Source: Octopus sinensis | Taxonomy: Eukaryota | Assembly: GCF_006345805.1 (NCBI RefSeq) | Contig: NC_042999.1 | Location: forward strand, 56,978,001 to 57,042,000 | Length of the DNA: 64,000 nucleotides | Direction of reading: 5' to 3' | Part shown: positions 38,890 through 51,589 of the stretch, one piece after another | Numbering within the stretch: the first letter of the stretch is position 1 | How the letters are laid out: every line of letters begins with the position of its first letter | Translations under genes and position numbers: made by a program | The notes under the pieces: generated by a model | Database searches by the model: none | Told to the model about the DNA's origin: nothing | The model's input: only the letters and a program-made list of their open reading frames with translations

Positions 38890-39350
38890 CACCCCTGAAG
38901 GTGGCGAGCTGGCAGAAACGTTAGCACTCTGGGTGAAATGCTCAGCAGTATTTCGTCTACCGTTATGTTCTGAGTTCAAATTCCGCCGAGGTCGACTTAG
39001 CCTTTCATCCTTTTGGGGGTCAATTAAATAAGTACCAGTCATGCACTGGGGTCGATGTAATTGACTTAATCCCTTTGTCTGTCCTTGTTTGACCCCTCTA
39101 TGTTTAGCCCCTTGAGGGCAATAAAGAAATAAGAAACTTTAGCACGCCAAGCAAATTCTTAGTGGCACTTCAACCCTCTTTACATTCTGAGTTCAAATGC
39201 AGCCAGTGTCGACTTTGCCTTTCATCCTTTTTCTGACGGGGAGGGGGTTCGATAAAATAAGTACCAGTTGAGCACTGGGGTCGATGTAATCTATATACAC
39301 TCCCCCTCAATGTTGCTGGCCTTCTGCCAAAATTTGAAACCATTATTAGC
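38890..39350 (+). mobile_element. Two tandem SINE A copies, the first well preserved
   Basis: ggtggcgagctggcagaaacgttagc head with CpGs largely intact. Confidence 0.9.
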
Positions 39351-39589
39351 ACTCCTGTTTCAACTATAACTATTCTCTCTTCCCTTGGGCATTGCATATA
39401 AAGGCTACATAATTTGATAAGTCCCACCCATTTTTAAGAGAACAGGATGTAATGTGAGAGAGATTAAACTGCTACTTCTAGTGAGTGAAGTGACCATGTA
39501 GTAGTTCCCCTTGTAAGTTTGTGAACCTTGTATAGTATAATTTGTACCTCTGAATATGATACATAATTCGAGCATGATCATTACCGTGT

Positions 39590-39892
39590 CGCCCTACTAG
39601 CACTTGTGCTGGTGGCACATGAAACATTCGAGCGAGGTTGTCGCCAGTGCTGCTGGACTGGCTACTGTGCAGGTGGCACACAAAAAGCACCATTTGGGCG
39701 TGGCCGTTGCCAGTACCACCAAACTGGCCCTCATGCCGGTGGCACGTAAAAGCATCTACTACACTCTCAGAGTGGTTGGCATTAGGAAGGGCATCCAGCC
39801 GTAGAAACTCTGCCAGATCAGATTGGAGTCTGGTTCGCCAGACCTCAGTCAAATCGTCCAACCCATGCTGCATGGAAAGCGGACGTTAAATG

Positions 39893-39922
<30 letters not shown>
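39590..39922 (+). mobile_element. RTE 3'-UTR fragment with a (TGA)n tail
   Basis: gccggtggcacgtaaaagc unit; ttaggaagggcatccagc; ggacgttaaatga(tga)n. Confidence 0.85.
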
Positions 39923-39925
<3 letters not shown>

Positions 39926-41082
39926 TCTATATAACAGATTCATTACACCAGAGAAAGCAATCTCAATTAAGTGAAAGGCAAAATAAACTTAATATTTAGT
40001 TTTGTCCATTTATGCTCAGAGTTCAAATCTCCAAGGCCAACTTTACCTTTCATCTTTCTGGAGTTGATATAATGAGTTACCAATCAGCTGCTGGGGTCAA
40101 TTCAATCAGCTGAAAATAATAATAATAATAATGGTGTCTTCAAGGATTGTTTAAGCAAAAAGCTAAACCAAGAATTTGAAATCAATCTTTAGTTACTGTC
40201 TGCACTTTAAGGTCAAATGAGAGTGTGAAACCTAGTGGTTAGAGTATTATTGTGAAGAGCAAAACGGCCAGGTATTATTAGCTTTGAAAAACATAATAAT
40301 GGAACAATGCCACACAAGTTTATAATTGATGGGATACGTGGCACATCTATCATTGTGTTTGACATAAGTTGACCGAAACAAAAAATCCTACCCTGCAAAT
40401 TTGCAGCCTTGTCTCATGATAGAAATCAGTATTCTATGTACATACATACATACACAGACATGCACACAGGCATACATATACACCCTTATACCACATAGAC
40501 ACATATATACACACATACATACGTTTATATACATATATTTATACATATAAACATATGTACATTTATATATATATACATACATATATATACACATACAAAC
40601 ATACATATATATATATATGCATACACACACACACACACACACACTCACATATGTACATGCACATGTCTATGTATGTAGGTATGTGTGTATATATAAAATC
40701 AATAAATGCAAATTTGCTTTTAAAACAATTACATGATTGTTTCTATGTTTATATTATTTTTATTTTAAAATAGGGCAAAAAGAGAAACAAAAACAAAAAA
40801 AAACACTATGGAACTATTTCCAAATCAGTGATGCTAAATAAACAATAGAGTTATAAATATATCTGTATCTCTAATCTATCTGTAATTCCAAGCTGTTTAG
40901 TTCACTGAGTAAGTAATATATTCTTTAACCTTTTAGCATTTAAACTACCCATATCTGACCCAAATATTCTGCTAATTTTAAATTCAAGCCAGCAAAATCT
41001 GCCCTTTTACACATAACCTACACTGTCATTCTAAAATTAAACAATATCATCCTCAAAATCTCGAAGCTATGATATTCTTTTA

Positions 41083-41441
41083 TTCTTTTAATTGTTTCAG
41101 TCATTTGACTGCGACCCTGCTGGAGCACCACTTTTAGTCGAGCAAATCAATCCCAGGACTTATTCTTTGTAAGCCTAGTACTTATTCTATCGGTCTTTTT
41201 TGCTGAACCACTAAGTCACAGGTACATAAACACCCCATAATCTGTTGTCAAGTGATGTTGGGGGGACAAACATGGACACACAAACATACACACAAACATA
41301 CACACACACACATGTGTATATATATATATATATATATATAAATCATATTGTGTGAAATTTGATTTAGTAGTTCTAAATTGAATTTTTTTCCCTGTAAGTT
41401 TGGATTTATATTCCCTCAAATAATAATAATTATATATATAT

Positions 41442-41472
<31 letters not shown>

Positions 41473-41630
41473 GACGGGCTTCTTTCAGTTTCTGTCTACC
41501 AAATGCACTCACAAGGCTTTGATCAGGCCTGAAGCTATAGTAGAAGACACTTGCCCATGATACCACACAGTTGGACTGAGCCTGGAACCATGTGGTTGGT
41601 AACCAAGCTACTTACCACACAGCCACTCAA
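41083..41630 (-). mobile_element. SINE B with a ~90-bp insert in its microsatellite
   Basis: The insert at about 41342-41430 is the reverse complement of about 47205-47285. Confidence 0.8.
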
Positions 41631-42559
41631 GCATCATTAATTAAAAACAATGTGAATAAAGAAGCACTTTATTTGACAGAGTGATCTGAATGCTAAAGAG
41701 TTAACTCTTGGTATATTAAGTTTAATGATTCTTAATCTTTTTAATAACATTATATATGGGATAATTTCTGATTCTACAATGCAAGACCTCATGTATTAAA
41801 GTGTTTATACTTAAATTAGTATGATTGTCTAATCAAGCAGTGTTAGCTAATTATTATTAGATGTTATTAAGATATGAACTGGCAGAATTGTTATCATGCT
41901 GGATGAAATGCTAAGCGGTATTTTGTCCATCTTCACATTCTGAGTTAAAATTCTGCTGACATTCACTTTGCCTTTCATCCTTTCAGGGTCAATAAAATAA
42001 GTACCAGTTGTGCACTGGGGTCAATGTAGTCGACTATTCCCCTCTCCCAAATTTCTGGCTTCATGGCTATAGCAGAAATGATTATTAGGTTTTATTGTTG
42101 TTTAACTATTTTGTTATCATATTTCTGTTGAAATACTCTACCTCTGTTACTGTTAATTTTTAAAATAATGGAGAATTTTAAAGAAATAACTGTAATTAAA
42201 AAGCTGATGTTTGGAACATAAATGAAAATGATATTTTGATAGAATTGTTTTTTTTTGAAACAGATGGCTTCAAAACAAAATTTGTATCCTAAAACCAAGA
42301 GTATCTGTATCCTAAAACACACACGTACAAATTTTCAGTAGTGATCCAGAGAAGGAGTACACAACACACATGTAAAGGGCAGTTGTTTATTTAAGCTAGT
42401 CCAGACTAAAAGACCATTGGACTAATTTAAATAAACCACACATTTATATACATATATATATTCATACAAACACACATACACATACAAAAATATACACATA
42501 CATATAAATACACACACAATTATATATTCATGCAATATATATGTGCATAACATACACAT

Positions 42560-42589
<30 letters not shown>

Positions 42590-42593
<4 letters not shown>

Positions 42594-43020
42594 TCATCAT
42601 CATCATCATCATCATTTAGCGTCCGTTTTCCATGCTAGCATGGGTTGGACGGTTCTACTGGGGTCTGTGAAGCCAGAAGGCTTCATCAGGCCCAGTCAAA
42701 TCTGGCAGTGTTTCTACGGCTGGATGCCCTTCCTAACGCCAACCACTCCGTGAGTGTAGTGGGTGCTTTTTACGTGCCACCCGCACAGGTGCCAGACAGA
42801 GCTGGCAAACGGCCACAAACGGATGGTGCTATTTATGTGCCACCGGCACGAGGGCCAGGCGAGGCTGGCAACGGACACGAACGGATGGTGCTTTTTACGT
42901 GCCACCGGCACGAGGCCAGTCGGGCGACGCTGGCAACGGTCGCGAAACGGAAGGTTCTCTTACATGCCACCGGCACTGGTAACACATCTGCAATTTCCAT
43001 TGATCGATTTCGATTCTGAT
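42590..43020 (-). mobile_element. RTE 3'-UTR fragment inserted in (TA)n
   Basis: Near-identical to the reverse complement of 61670-61900; (cat)n tail at the left end. Confidence 0.9.
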
Positions 43021-43122
43021 ATTAGTGCTGTGCTGGAAGATATCAAATGGCTAGAAGAGAGAATGTGAAACTCAGCTAAAAACATAGCAATATATGTGTA
43101 TATATGTGTATATAGCAATAAC

Positions 43123-43195
<73 letters not shown>

Positions 43196-43196
<1 letters not shown>

Positions 43197-43396
43197 GGGG
43201 AGAATTCACAAAAAAAGAAAAGACGAAGACAGGTGGTGGAGACAACAAACAGATGTATTAGTATAATGCTCGGGAAGTGAAAAAGTCTTTAATGTTTCGA
43301 ACCTACACTCTTCCACAGAAACGAACACAGAAAGAAACAAGGAGAGAAAATAAAGAGAGAAAATAAAGAATGCGTAGTGGCTAGCGATCTATCATG
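43196..43396 (-). mobile_element. Hammerhead-like short repeat, copy 2
   Basis: Homologous to 12373-12557; motif at 43285-43321. Confidence 0.65.
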
Positions 43397-43716
43397 ATAC
43401 ATATATACATACATGATTCAACATATATACACAGCTATAATACATACAAGCAAATATATTTATTTGTGTGCCTGATCCAATAAATATTGATCAATAAAAT
43501 ATATCCCAGACTAAAATAGGTGCTGGAGTTGATATGGTCATGTAAAATCTTTGAATGTGGTATTCCAGCATGGCCACAGCCCAATGACTGAAATCCATAA
43601 AAGAAATTAAAAAAAGTCGAAACAAATGAAACACCTATCTCTTATTCATTGGAAGTTTGGTTAAGAGAAGATTAAGTAACCCAAATCATAATAATTGCTA
43701 TGTTTTTAGCTGAGTT

Positions 43717-43805
43717 TCACATTCTCTCTTCTAGCCATTTGATATCTTCCAGCACAGCACTAATATCAGCTACTGATGTATCGACCTCAATACACTGGTC
43801 AATAT
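43717..43805 (-). CDS. Possible terminal exon (xIDQCIEVDTSVADISAVLEDIKWLEERM*), gene unknown
   Basis: Pyrimidine-rich acceptor cctatcttcattcatgatag, 89-nt open frame to TGA, protein-like composition; no securely linked upstream exon. Confidence 0.3.
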
Positions 43806-44942
43806 CTATCATGAATGAAGATAGGTGAAATACTCCATCACAAAATATATACATAAATAAATAAATGAAAAAAAAATGCACCATGAACAGTTATAAACAA
43901 ATAAAAGATCCCTGAAGAAAAACGAATGTAAAAATAAAATATTAAGGAGGGAAAAGAAGAAGAAATAGAAAAATCTTCAAATCTTTTTCTATTCTAAGTA
44001 TCATTGTTGAAATGATGCTGCATTGAATTTCTTCCTTTACTTTTTCTTTTCTTTTTTTTTTTTTTTTGGTAAGACAAAGGCAAAAGATGTTGAAGGAGGT
44101 GGTATCAAGTTGAGATGAAAACAGACCCATAAACAATGGAATTAGCTTGACATAGTTGCAGCAACACAGAGCCATCCATATATAGTTATTATTTCCAGTT
44201 CTGATATCATAGATATTCAATTACAGTAGTGATGATATGAAGTGACCTTTATTGAACTGACAGCTATAACTGAATCATTGGCAGCAGAACTAAGGAGAGT
44301 GGCTGCATACAAAATCTCTCCAAGAGAAATTTTAAGAGGAAATAATATTGAGCAGAAAGGTTACAATGATGATGATGAGAACAAGGATTACAGCGACGGT
44401 GAGGATGACAATGATAGGACGGTAATGATGATGAGGATGAAGATGACGATGATGGTGAGAACAAGAATGACAATGAGAATTCTATTGATTTTTTTGAGTA
44501 GTTTTTGAAATGCTACTTTGAATATTGATTGCTTGTTTCCAACTGAGAAGAACTCGATGATTAAAAGGTTGTAAAGATTATAATCTAAGTAAACAGTTAA
44601 ACTATTTGAAGATATTGAATTTCTGGACAAAAAATCTTATTATTAATAGTTTTAAACAATTAAAGAGAAAGTAGGAAAGAAAAAAATGGGAAAAGAAAAA
44701 TTGCAGTCAGAAATATTACTAAGATGATAAATTATCTCTGATTTGTTAAAATCCTTTACTAGCATCAGCAGATTTGGTGGATATTATAAACAAATTAGCA
44801 ATATTGACCTCAACATCATGATAGAGTGATGAAATATTAATAGTGTGTGTATGTGTGTGTGTGTGTGACTGAAACAAATGAAAGAATAAAAGAATGTATA
44901 TATATATATATATATACATACATACATACATATATATATATA

Positions 44943-45122
44943 GGGAGAGTGTATGAAAAAAACAAAAGATGAAGACAGGTGGTATACAAAACAAACAGAT
45001 GTATTAGTATAACACTCAGGAATAGAAAAAGTCTTTTACGTTTTGAGCCTACGCTCTTCTACAGAAAGGGACACAGAAAAAACAAGGAGAGAATGTGTGT
45101 TGTGGCTAACGATCTATCATGG
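44943..45122 (-). mobile_element. Hammerhead-like short repeat, copy 3
   Basis: Homologous to 12373-12557; motif at 45031-45068. Confidence 0.65.
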
Positions 45123-45124
45123 TG

Positions 45125-45163
<39 letters not shown>

Positions 45164-45473
45164 GTTCACAGCATCTTTGAGCAAACAGTCTTGAAGTGAG
45201 CAAAATGGAGATTGTTATGTCAAAATGGTATTACAGAGTCTGTTTCAACCAGCATTAACAGGTTTAGAGGTGGAAGGCCAAGGAGAAAAGTGGCTGCAAA
45301 TATAGTGCCTGCACTAACCCATAATCTTCATACAGGCAACATGTACAGTCTTCTTTGCAAATCGTTGGTGGGACTCAAATGTCACATTCAACACAAGCAT
45401 TATAATTGACAAAGAAAATGTAGGTTGTTGGATCCTCATACATCAATCTTCAAAAGTCCAGCATATATAGGTG

Positions 45474-45895
45474 TAGGAGTGGCTGTGTGGCAAGTGGCTT
45501 GCTTACCAACCACATGGTTCTGGGTTCAGTCCCACTGCATGGCACCTTGGGCAAGTGTCTTCTACTATAGCCTCAAGCCGACCAAACCCTTGTTAGTGGA
45601 TTTGGTAGACGGAAAATGAAAAAAGCCCGTCATATATATATGTATATACATATGTATGTATGTGTATATATGTTTGTGTATATATGTTTGTGTGTCTGTG
45701 TTTGTCCCCCCAACATCGCTTGACAACCGATGGTGGTGTGTTTGCGTCCTCGTAACTTAGCGGCTTGGGAAAAGAGACCGATAGAATGAGTACTAGGCTT
45801 ACAAAGAATATGTCCTGGAGTTAATTTGCTCAACTAAAGGCGGTGCTCCAGCATTGCTGCCGTCAAATGACTGAAACAAGTAAAAGAGTAAAAGA
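45474..45895 (+). mobile_element. Full-length SINE family B
   Basis: Head to tail match with 32732-33140. Confidence 0.9.
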
Positions 45896-47089
45896 ATATA
45901 TGGATATTGCTATCTCAAGTCCTGGGATCACAGGGTAGCATATCCAGTTGCCGTGGCATTTATGTGACCAAAATCATGACATATCTCTCAGACCAGGAAT
46001 TGAAAATGCAATCTCACAATTACGTATTCATGGGTGCAACACCCTAAACACTAGGCCACATGATTTCACTTAAATGTACACATTTGTATCACAGGTCTAG
46101 AATATGGGCACATATTTCTGAATGCTGTATGAAGTAACTAAAAGGGCTAGCAACAGGAAGGGCATCTAACCACGCATACACATGGATATGTAAATTTATT
46201 TTCACAAATGCACCTTTTGAGCATTGGGCCTCATGGAGGCAACTTGGCAATACTGGTGTGGTGGAACTAGCAACTGTGCTGGTGGAACATAAAAAGCATC
46301 CTTTGAGCACGGGACCTTAATGGAGGCAATGACAAATGACTGAGACTTTTGACAATAAGCTATGCTTGAGAATGAAGAGCCATCAAGCTGAGTGAAATTG
46401 TAGTCATGGCAGATACTAGTGTCACGCAACGAGCACCTGGACCAGTGTCATGTAAAAGCACCCTTTATGCTCTTAGAGTGGTTGGTGTTAGGAAGGGCAT
46501 CAAGTTGTAGAAACTATGCAAAATCAGACCGGAATCTGGTACAACCCATGGTCAAACCATCCAACCCATGACAGTATGGACGACAGATGTTAAATGAGGA
46601 TGATAATGATGAAATGTGTGTATATATGTAATTGCTCATCAGATGGTTTGTAAGTTAACAGTACAGTCTTATCGCACAGTGTGTGGCCCTGCTTCTTCCT
46701 AAAGGTTATAATATAGATACATGCATGTGTATGTCTGTGGGTGTTTGTGTGTGTACCAATTTTCACATGTTTCCAAGCAAAGTAATGTTATTCTAGGGCA
46801 GTCACTTTTTTTCATGAAAGACAGGAAACAAATAATACCATTCTTTAGGAACACTGAAATTGCCTGTAGTCAGCAATTGATATCAAGATTAGAAAATTCA
46901 AACATGCATGCACACACTCAAATCCTATAGGTGTTTTTCAGATTCCATCGATCAAATTTACTCACAAGGCTGTGGTCAGGCCAAGGTCACAATAGAGAAG
47001 ACTTGCAAAAGGTGCTGAGCACTAGGACTGAAACTGAAATATGTGGTTCCAAAGCAAACTTCCTAACCACACAGCCATGCCTGCTTATT

Positions 47090-47159
<70 letters not shown>

Positions 47160-47297
47160 TATATATATGATAATAATGATAATGATAATAATAATAATAA
47201 TTATAATAATTTGAGGGAATATTATTCCTAACTTACAGGGAAAAATTCAATTTAGAAATACTAAATCAAATTACACAAAATATAATATATATATATG

Positions 47298-47479
47298 TAG
47301 TATAGGACAATCAGTAAGTTGTCATAACAGAATTCAGAGTTTCAAATGCCAGAGCTAAAAGCTTTATGGCATTTTCACTGGCTATTTGGATAACCAATGA
47401 AAATGCTTCGGAACTTTTAGCTCCAGCATTTGAAACGCTAAATTCTATTATGACAACTTACTGATTGTCCCCTATACTA
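47298..47479. mobile_element. Fold-back MITE, about 180 bp, in TA-rich sequence
   Basis: Arms tagtatagg(gg)acaatcagtaagttgtcataa...gcattttca / tgaaaatgc...ttatgacaacttactgattgtcccctatacta; imperfect over about 80 bp. Confidence 0.85.
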
Positions 47480-47549
47480 TATGTATATAAATTACTCTAT
47501 TTACATAATATCGAGGCCTCGTTCTTTTGTTGTCATTTTATTATTAATA

Positions 47550-47607
<58 letters not shown>

Positions 47608-47794
47608 CCTAGCTGTGTAGTAAGAAGCTTGCTTCCCAATCACATGGTTTTAGGTTGAGTCCCACTACATGGAACCTTGACCAAGTGCCTTTACTATAGC
47701 CTCAGGCTGACCAAAGCCTTATCAGTGGATTTTGGTAAATGGAAACTGAAAGAAGTCTGTTATATATGTGTGTGTGCGTTTGTGTGTGTATTTA

Positions 47795-47826
<32 letters not shown>

Positions 47827-48620
47827 GATAGCTAGATAGATAGATATATACATATACTCACATACACACACATATATATATATGGCAAATGAAAGATGGA
47901 GAATGGAATGTACGAGAATTTATTAATTTATAATTAATCACGACAATTGTTTCGGCACATCTAGCATTGATCGCTCATGGGTGGGACGCTCAACAACTGG
48001 TTCAGGAGCATCTGGCAGTGCACATGTATCAGGTCAGGTTATAAATAAATACAACTCGTTAAAATAACAGTTCCGCAATGTAACTTCCCGTTTCGTATAA
48101 AGAAAAGCAGCCAGATGGAGGAAATATCTTCATTTATTTATAAGATCAAAAATAAAATCACAGATGGCAAAAAGAGAAATGAACATGCAATCCAGCAGGA
48201 AATGTGTATATATATATTTGTGTGCATATAAATTTATGTATGTATATACACATTCGATAACATACCTGCTCTATTGACAGATATATGAATGCATTTTTTC
48301 CCTGACTTATGGTCTCTGAGACAACTCACTGATGTATATATATATGTATATATATATCATCATCATCATCATTTAACGTCCGCTTTCCATGCTAGCATGG
48401 GATCGATATTTAAAATACCGATCCTATCAGGTGGCCAGCATGGGGATAAAAACCTTTCAAAGATAATAATTATATAATAATATAATTTAGGCTATCTAAG
48501 AGACACCACCACGCTGGAAATAGCATTCAAAACTTGACACTAAAACCACATTAAATATTCATACAGCACCAGGAGAAAAGACGAAGAGACAAAATAAATT
48601 AGCAAAAAAATTACTGGATA

Positions 48621-48679
48621 ATTCCAGATCTCGGATTTCTGGGTTTGCTAAAGAAATGCTTTGCCTTCATCAGTGGAAT
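48621..48679 (-). ncRNA. Minimal type-I hammerhead ribozyme candidate, core intact
   Basis: Minus strand: ATTCCA-CTGATGA-aggcaaagcatttctttagcaaaccca-GAAA-TC-cga-GA-TC-TGGAAT; perfect 6-bp stem I, AUC cleavage triplet, weak stem II. Confidence 0.65.
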
Positions 48680-48704
48680 ACACTCAGCTAGCACATAAAT
48701 ACAA

Positions 48705-48749
<45 letters not shown>

Positions 48750-48848
48750 ACATACGATATGCATATATATGTATGTATACATTCGTATAATTCAATTCAC
48801 AAGCATTTAACTTTCAGCCCATAGCAGCAAGTGAGAAACTGCTCTATA

Positions 48849-49382
48849 TCTTGATCCTGAAATTGCATCCAACTAGGATTTCCAGAAATGATCATCCCAT
48901 CTGTTTTTTCCTGACAGAATAGATGCAGGGTTACATCATAATTAACTGTCTTTTGTACTCTAAAAAGATAGTTGGATATAATTTGAGGGAGATTTGGTGC
49001 TTCTCTTTAGTAGGTTAAGCAACCACATAGATGATCTCTTGTTGGTTCAGGAACTCCATTAGTGACAAAAGAAGGTTATATTTAACTTTGTGGATGAATA
49101 GAAACTGAGCATAAGGCTTCTTCAAGGCAGTTTTCATCCACAAAGTTGAATATAACCTTCTTTTGTCACTAATGGAGTTCCTGAACCAACAAGAGATCAT
49201 CTATGTGGTTGCTTAACCTACTAAAGAGAAGCACCAAATCTCCCTCAAATTATATCCAACTATCTTTTTAGAGTACAAAAGACAGTTAATTATGATGTAA
49301 CCCTGCATCTATTCTGTCAGGAAAAAACAGATGGGATGGTCATTTCTGGAAATCCTAGTTGGATGCAATTTCAGGATCAAGA
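48849..49382. repeat. Near-perfect 250-bp inverted repeat with a 34-nt spacer
   Basis: Arms 48849-49098 and 49133-49382; two mismatches seen on reading. Confidence 0.95.
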
Positions 49383-50196
49383 AAGCCCTTTTCATCCATG
49401 AAATGAAACCAACTATCAACAACAGATGAAAGCTACACAATGTAATATTATCATTCAACAACAGATGAAAGCTACGCAAGATAGATCGGTTATTGTAATA
49501 TTATCATTCAATGCATGTCTCAATCCCTACCACTTCCCAAATATCTGAGTGAAAGATCCAAGCTCAACATTATCTTCTCTTTTGTCCTGAGAAAGAGTTA
49601 TTAACCCCAAAATATAGAAATGTAAAGTAAATTGTAAAGTTTGACTATATTCACTTCTAAATAGGCAGTACATTCAGAATTGAGTGCTTATGCAACATCG
49701 TATAGCTTCCTCAGAGCCAGTTTAAAGTGATTACAATAGCTCCTGTTCTTTTGTCATTCATTTATTCATTCATTCATTCAGTCAGTCACACACACACTCA
49801 CACAAAGCCTGCCCTGAAAATTCTTTTGTCACCTGCAAAACTGATTTAAGAAAATTCAGGTCAATGAGAAAGTCTCTACATGCAACTAATGTGCGAGAAA
49901 TAGCAGACACACCTCTGTTATATCACACTAAACTCTTTTGATCATAGGTCCGTTGAATTGGAGCCAGCCTGGGATTAAATAAAGATGAAAACAACAGCAA
50001 CTTTTAGAAGACACCGCAAATTATGTGACAAAATCAGCATCTCTACAAGGAATGCTGTAGACGCAATCTTCTGATATACATTGCAAAATATGTGTATGGA
50101 CATGTCACCATCTGTAAGTATGTAAAGATATGTGAATTATGCATATGTGATTGTGTTTAAGAATGTATATGTAGATGTGAATGTGTGTAAGAGAGA

Positions 50197-50582
50197 GGCG
50201 CAATGGCCCAGTGGTTAGGGCAGCGGACTCGCGGTCATAGGATCGCGGTTTCGATTCCCAGACCGGGCGTTGTGAGTGTTTATTGAGCGAAAACACCTAA
50301 AGCTCCACGAGGCTCCGGCAGGGGATGGTGGTGATCCCTGCTGTACTCTTTCACCACAACTTTCTCTCACTCTTACTTCCTGTTTCTGTTGTACCTGTAT
50401 TTCAAAGGGCCGGCCTTGTCACATTCTCTGTGTCACGCTGAATATCCCCGAGAACTACGTTAAGGGTACACGTGTCTGTGGAGTGCTCAGCCACTTACAT
50501 GTTAATTTCACGAGCAGGCTGTTCCGTTGATTCGGATCAACCGGAACCCTTGTCATCGTAACCGACGGAGTGCTTCCATTCC
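50197..50582 (+). mobile_element. Young tRNA-headed SINE family D with TSD
   Basis: ggcgcaatggcccagtggttagggc...ggtttcgattcc A/B boxes; CpG-rich; aagagaga at 50189-50196 and 50583-50590. Confidence 0.9.
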
Positions 50583-50772
50583 AAGAGAGAGATAGAGAGA
50601 AAGAGGGAGGATGAGAGTGAGAGGGATATCAGTGATGCTAAATAATGTAAAACACTGTGTTATCATATTTGGTATGTAACACAGAATGAATTAAAGAGAC
50701 TATTGATGCTGGAGAATGTAGATTCCTTACTTCAAAGGAGGATGCTTCAAATAGTGTGTGTGTGTGTGTGTG

Positions 50773-50806
<34 letters not shown>

Positions 50807-51589
50807 ACGTGCATGCAATTTCAAAGCCCTGCATACACTTTCACAAATGTATTATCCGGTTTACAGCAAGTAGAACAAAAATCCGTTTAGCAATGGTTGA
50901 TAAATTCTTCATTTGGGATAGGTAAAACGGCCTGAGATAAACTATGCTCTATGGAGTAGATTTCCGTGAAAATAGGAGGAAAGAATTCTGAATGTATGCA
51001 TATAATATAGCAAATGAGAATGGAGAAAAAAACTACTCCGTGATAACACATTGCAATAGAGGAATAATATTAGTTACAAATACAACCTTATTACATTGTA
51101 TACATTATTTCTCAATGTTACTGCTTGTAGTTCTGTAATTTTTTGCTTCTACTGTTAATTAAGGTTTTAGACTTAATTCATCATTCAGTTTAACACCTCT
51201 GCCTGGCACTTAGGGGCCTCTAGCAAAGTTTCACCCAGTTCTAAGCATTCTGGACAAGGTCTCAACTTTCTCTCTCAACCTCTCACCTTTCTTGGGGGTT
51301 CTGAAAAGGCTTGTGGATGTACAAAAAAAAAAATCAAAAGTGGGAGGTGGGGGTGCATAAAAAAATTATTGCTGAATAAAATGACACTTCTTAAGAAAAA
51401 GTTAAAAAGGAGATGTAGGGAATTAGATATAATGGCACACCCCTCCCATGTAACAAATGGAATAACCTAGTCACTATGAGTAAAGCAAGTACATAGCAGG
51501 TGGTCAGAGATGGTCATGTCTTTACTGGTTTTACTAAGTATACTGTATACCAAAGTGGGCATTATAACAATCCAACATTTTAAGGATAT

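Noticed and set aside
44242-44508. ORF with helical-looking ELTAITESLAAELRRVAAYK
   Set aside because: No pyrimidine-rich acceptor, stops immediately upstream, and it runs into a (GAT)n microsatellite
45212-45409. CKSLVGLKCHIQHKH zinc-finger-like ORF
   Set aside because: Probably the decayed C-terminal C2H2 of an old LINE; too degraded to call and not a host gene
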